A stretch of 64,000 nucleotides of DNA, taken from the NCBI GenBank assembly GCA_030248215.1, contig JASANG010000611.1, positions 62,001 through 126,000 on the forward strand, written 5' to 3'. Every line of letters begins with the position of its first letter. Position 1 is the stretch's first letter. This stretch comes from Enoplolaimus lenunculus. Its lineage: Eukaryota. The notes below the pieces were generated by a model. The model was given only the letters and a program-made list of their open reading frames with translations, had not been told where the DNA came from and made no database searches. Position numbers and translations under genes: made by a program. Positions 61,151 through 64,000 of the stretch are shown piece after piece.

Positions 61151-62096
61151 TACTGTAGTGACCTGAACAATACGAGATAATAGGTGATGGTTTTCCCCAT
61201 TTTGAGTCTCAATCAATAGGAGTCTGTATCTCTAATCAGTCTATCAGTGAATAGAATCATAAGTCCCAAATTGAGACGATCAGTGCCGGAGCAGACAGGG
61301 GTGCTCCCAACCAAACTCTTTAAAATGAATCAGACTACGCCCGCGGCGGAAATTTTTTCGATATTTTCTTTTAAATTAGCTAAACAGTTCATATTTTAGG
61401 TAAACATTTTTAATCTTCATATGCTTCTACCATGGGAAACAGCACGCAGCACACCTCACTCAAACTTTCTTTATTACCGTTCTTGACTATTTCGTTTGAT
61501 GAAAGGTATATTATCTTAACTAAGATTGTAACCAAGCGAATGTAGCTAATGACAAAACTTGTTAGCATTTTTAACAAACTGGTGATTATTTTAAGGTTTG
61601 CCTAGTGTCTAAAACCATTTACAAAATCACAGAAAGGTAGAATAGTGTGAGACATGCGAGCGATGCGAGTGAAAAGCCAGACGCATTTGAAAACTTCAGC
61701 GGTTTTTGTTTTAACCGGTTAGCGTGGAGGCCCGTTTAGGGGTGAGGGGCTCCCAAATGTGGGTATGAGAGGTTACTACTCCGGCCCTGGAGACAACAAA
61801 AGACATTACAGCAGAAGAAAAGCTAGACTGCTAAAATATGTAACAGGTACGCGGATAACCAGCGTACACGTTATTGAATCCACAAAAAATATTATCGGAC
61901 GTGGCAATTAACAAAATGTTCCGGAGTGCCTCGGTACTGCCAAAAACGAATATAAAAAAGGGTGTTGCATCTAAGTGAGACGACGAGAATTAAAAATAAA
62001 TAACACTCCGTAACCGAATAACAGAGTTGTGCCATCTGCAGACGCAAGCTAAAATATCAGTAGTGCCCAGTCTTTTTCGGGTCTCTCACAGCAGTA
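61151..62096 (+). mobile_element. Diverged family A copy containing a nested hAT-like MITE (61281-61789)
   Basis: Family A ends. Insert has TIRs CAGTGCCGGAG/CTCCGGCCCTG and a near-TSD gagacgat/gagacaac. Confidence 0.6.
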
Positions 62097-63337
62097 TTCT
62101 TGGAAATTTAGTAACTTGTGTTGTAGTAGTGTATATAATGATTTGATTTTTTTGTTTGTATTTTTGTGTATGGTTTAAACCTAGTGAAGCATTTTCGTTA
62201 TATTATAGAAACTGCAAATACCATTAATAGAAACTAATATCTGTTCCGGAACCATCAAGTTGATATTCGTGTTTACATGCTAGTTTTGTTGCCGACCGAT
62301 GTGATTCATAAGCTTAAAATATGCTGTGAAATTTTGAAAAAGTGTAATTACAATTTATTGCGTCAATACAGCTGTACATATTACGTTTTGTGAGATGTAT
62401 TTCTTCCCAACATCGCGTTGTTTTAGGGTTTTTAATATTTAGCATCAAATCAAAACTTACATTTCAAAAACCTCCCCTCTCACAGTATAGGCCCGTAGCC
62501 AACTCACCTTGTTATGGGGGTGGCTAAATAGTGTTCACGAGGGGCATACAAGGGGGGCAGAGATGCGTAATATGAACCCAATAGGAATTTAACAAAAAAG
62601 TGACCTATCCTATAGATCTCCACCAATGGGGGCAGCATTAAAAGTAAATAAATTATTTTCATTAAATTTCTAGGAGGTCCATATTCCGAACCTCCGCCTA
62701 CAAGGGGTTTGGATGATTTACAAGTACGGTTGAAAATTTTCTCTGAGGGCCACCCAAACACGGAAACCCTACCACGCACATATATATCCACATTAGGTGA
62801 AGAACGGCGCAGCTTGTGATTGCATGCTGAACTCGAGCGCAAAAGGTCCAAGGTTCGTTTTTGGAGAGGTTCTAAACTTTCGGCAACATTTCTGGAAGGA
62901 ATTGACTCCATCGTGCAGTTCCAACACATCCATTCTATCACTTAGCCAGAACCGTTGATTCATCGTTAAAAAGCACACACTTCTTTCAGCACCTAATGAT
63001 GAACGAAAATGACTCCTGTTGATTCAGATTCAACAAACGAACAGCGAAATCTTTCCGCCACAATTATTCGGGTCACTACAGTAGAATTGAAACACTGGCT
63101 CAGTGATATTCACAATAAGCAACCGAGACGATTAAAATGTTTTTAGTATTTATTTAAGAGGTTCATAAATAAATTTTTAAATTCTTTTTAATATTTAAAC
63201 ACAAAGTTTAGTTTTGATTTTTATTCAAAAAATATCCACTGCCAAAGCATCGAGATGTCCGTGGCCGTAATTAGTTGGAACATCATAGTTTAGCACAATG
63301 TAAATACTTCCACATTGTAATTGTTTAACCAAACAAT

Positions 63338-63708
63338 ATGCACCAAGAAGTGAAGCGACCACGCCGACGCCAGCAAGATACCAGCAATTCTGGTTGTTGT
63401 ATATCTGGCTCGGACCAAAAAGCTTGTTTCACAGGCATTAAAGCATTTGTTGCTCTGATGTGTCTAGTGATTGCAATTCAAGGAACATATTTGGGCTACG
63501 TTGTTGGTATTCAAACCAGCTTAGAACGCCGATTTGAAATTAGAACAAGCCAAATAGGATTAATGTTGGCGATGTATGACATCGGACATACCATAGCTGT
63601 CATGATTGTTGGGTACTTTGGAGCGGCGGGCCATAAACCGCGATGGACCGCATGGGGAGTCATGATCAGTGCCGTCGCAATGGGTGGTATGGCGTTGCCG
63701 AATTTTAT
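63338..63708 (+). CDS. First coding exon (TM1-TM3) of a canonical organic anion transporting polypeptide (OATP/SLCO family); gene continues beyond the window
   Basis: IKAFVALMCL..TSLERRFEIRTSQIGLMLAMYDIG..VGYFG..HKPRWTAWG..ALPNF is the classic OATP N-terminus. It ends at a strong donor AT|GTGAGT (GT at 63709-63710), so the apparent stop at 63712 is intronic. Confidence 0.93.
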
Positions 63709-64000
63709 GTGAGTTTATTTTTAAAGTTAGGTACACATTAGCTGATTTGTGTCGCCGGTTTGATCTAAATTTCAAATTCTATATTCACATGACTACGTTT
63801 AACCGCCAGACGCAAACTGTTGAAGAATAATTTGGCCGACGTGTTATTTGTTTACGTTCATGAATAAATCTTCGAAAACATTAGCTTGGTACAATAATTA
63901 GAACTTTGTTAAACATTTCATATATGATGCCGACATTTTTTGATATTTTATTGAAATTTCTCTTATTCATTTTTTAAAAGAAAAGTTTTGAAAACGTAAG

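Noticed and set aside
62790..63083. Possible degraded transposase fragment beside a solo family A TIR
   Set aside because: Different frames weakly suggest different superfamilies and contain stops; not supportable without a profile search.

Overview
AT-rich, intron- and transposon-rich animal DNA, most likely a nematode (TTAGGC repeats throughout, TTTCAG-type acceptors, a 52-bp intron). The species cannot be determined from this window. I assembled five spliced genes by hand, checking GT-AG sites and codon phase. (1) The 3' end of a + strand Cys-rich, probably GPI-anchored protein with miniature Kunitz-like modules (572-2924). (2) A - strand ZDHHC1/11-type palmitoyltransferase with a ~560-aa tail ending in an RVxF motif (4727-17949, first exon uncertain). 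(3) A - strand Ig-EGF-transmembrane neuregulin/vein/IGEG-like precursor (23755-31179, 5' end uncertain). (4) A highly divergent, Kazal-less OATP/SLCO-like 12-TM protein with a heptad-repeat tail (43766-59361, -). (5) The first coding exon of a canonical OATP/SLCO, head-to-head with gene 4 (63338-63708, +). A young but disabled full-length Ty3/Gypsy (Mag-like) LTR element (46560-51608) sits inside a palindromic element in the last intron of gene 4. Introns hold many MITEs (TA-, TTA- and 8-bp-TSD classes). At least two GG-terminated, 8-bp-TSD families carry internal TTAGGC telomere-type arrays. Gene models and family assignments come from manual reading only; no searches were run.
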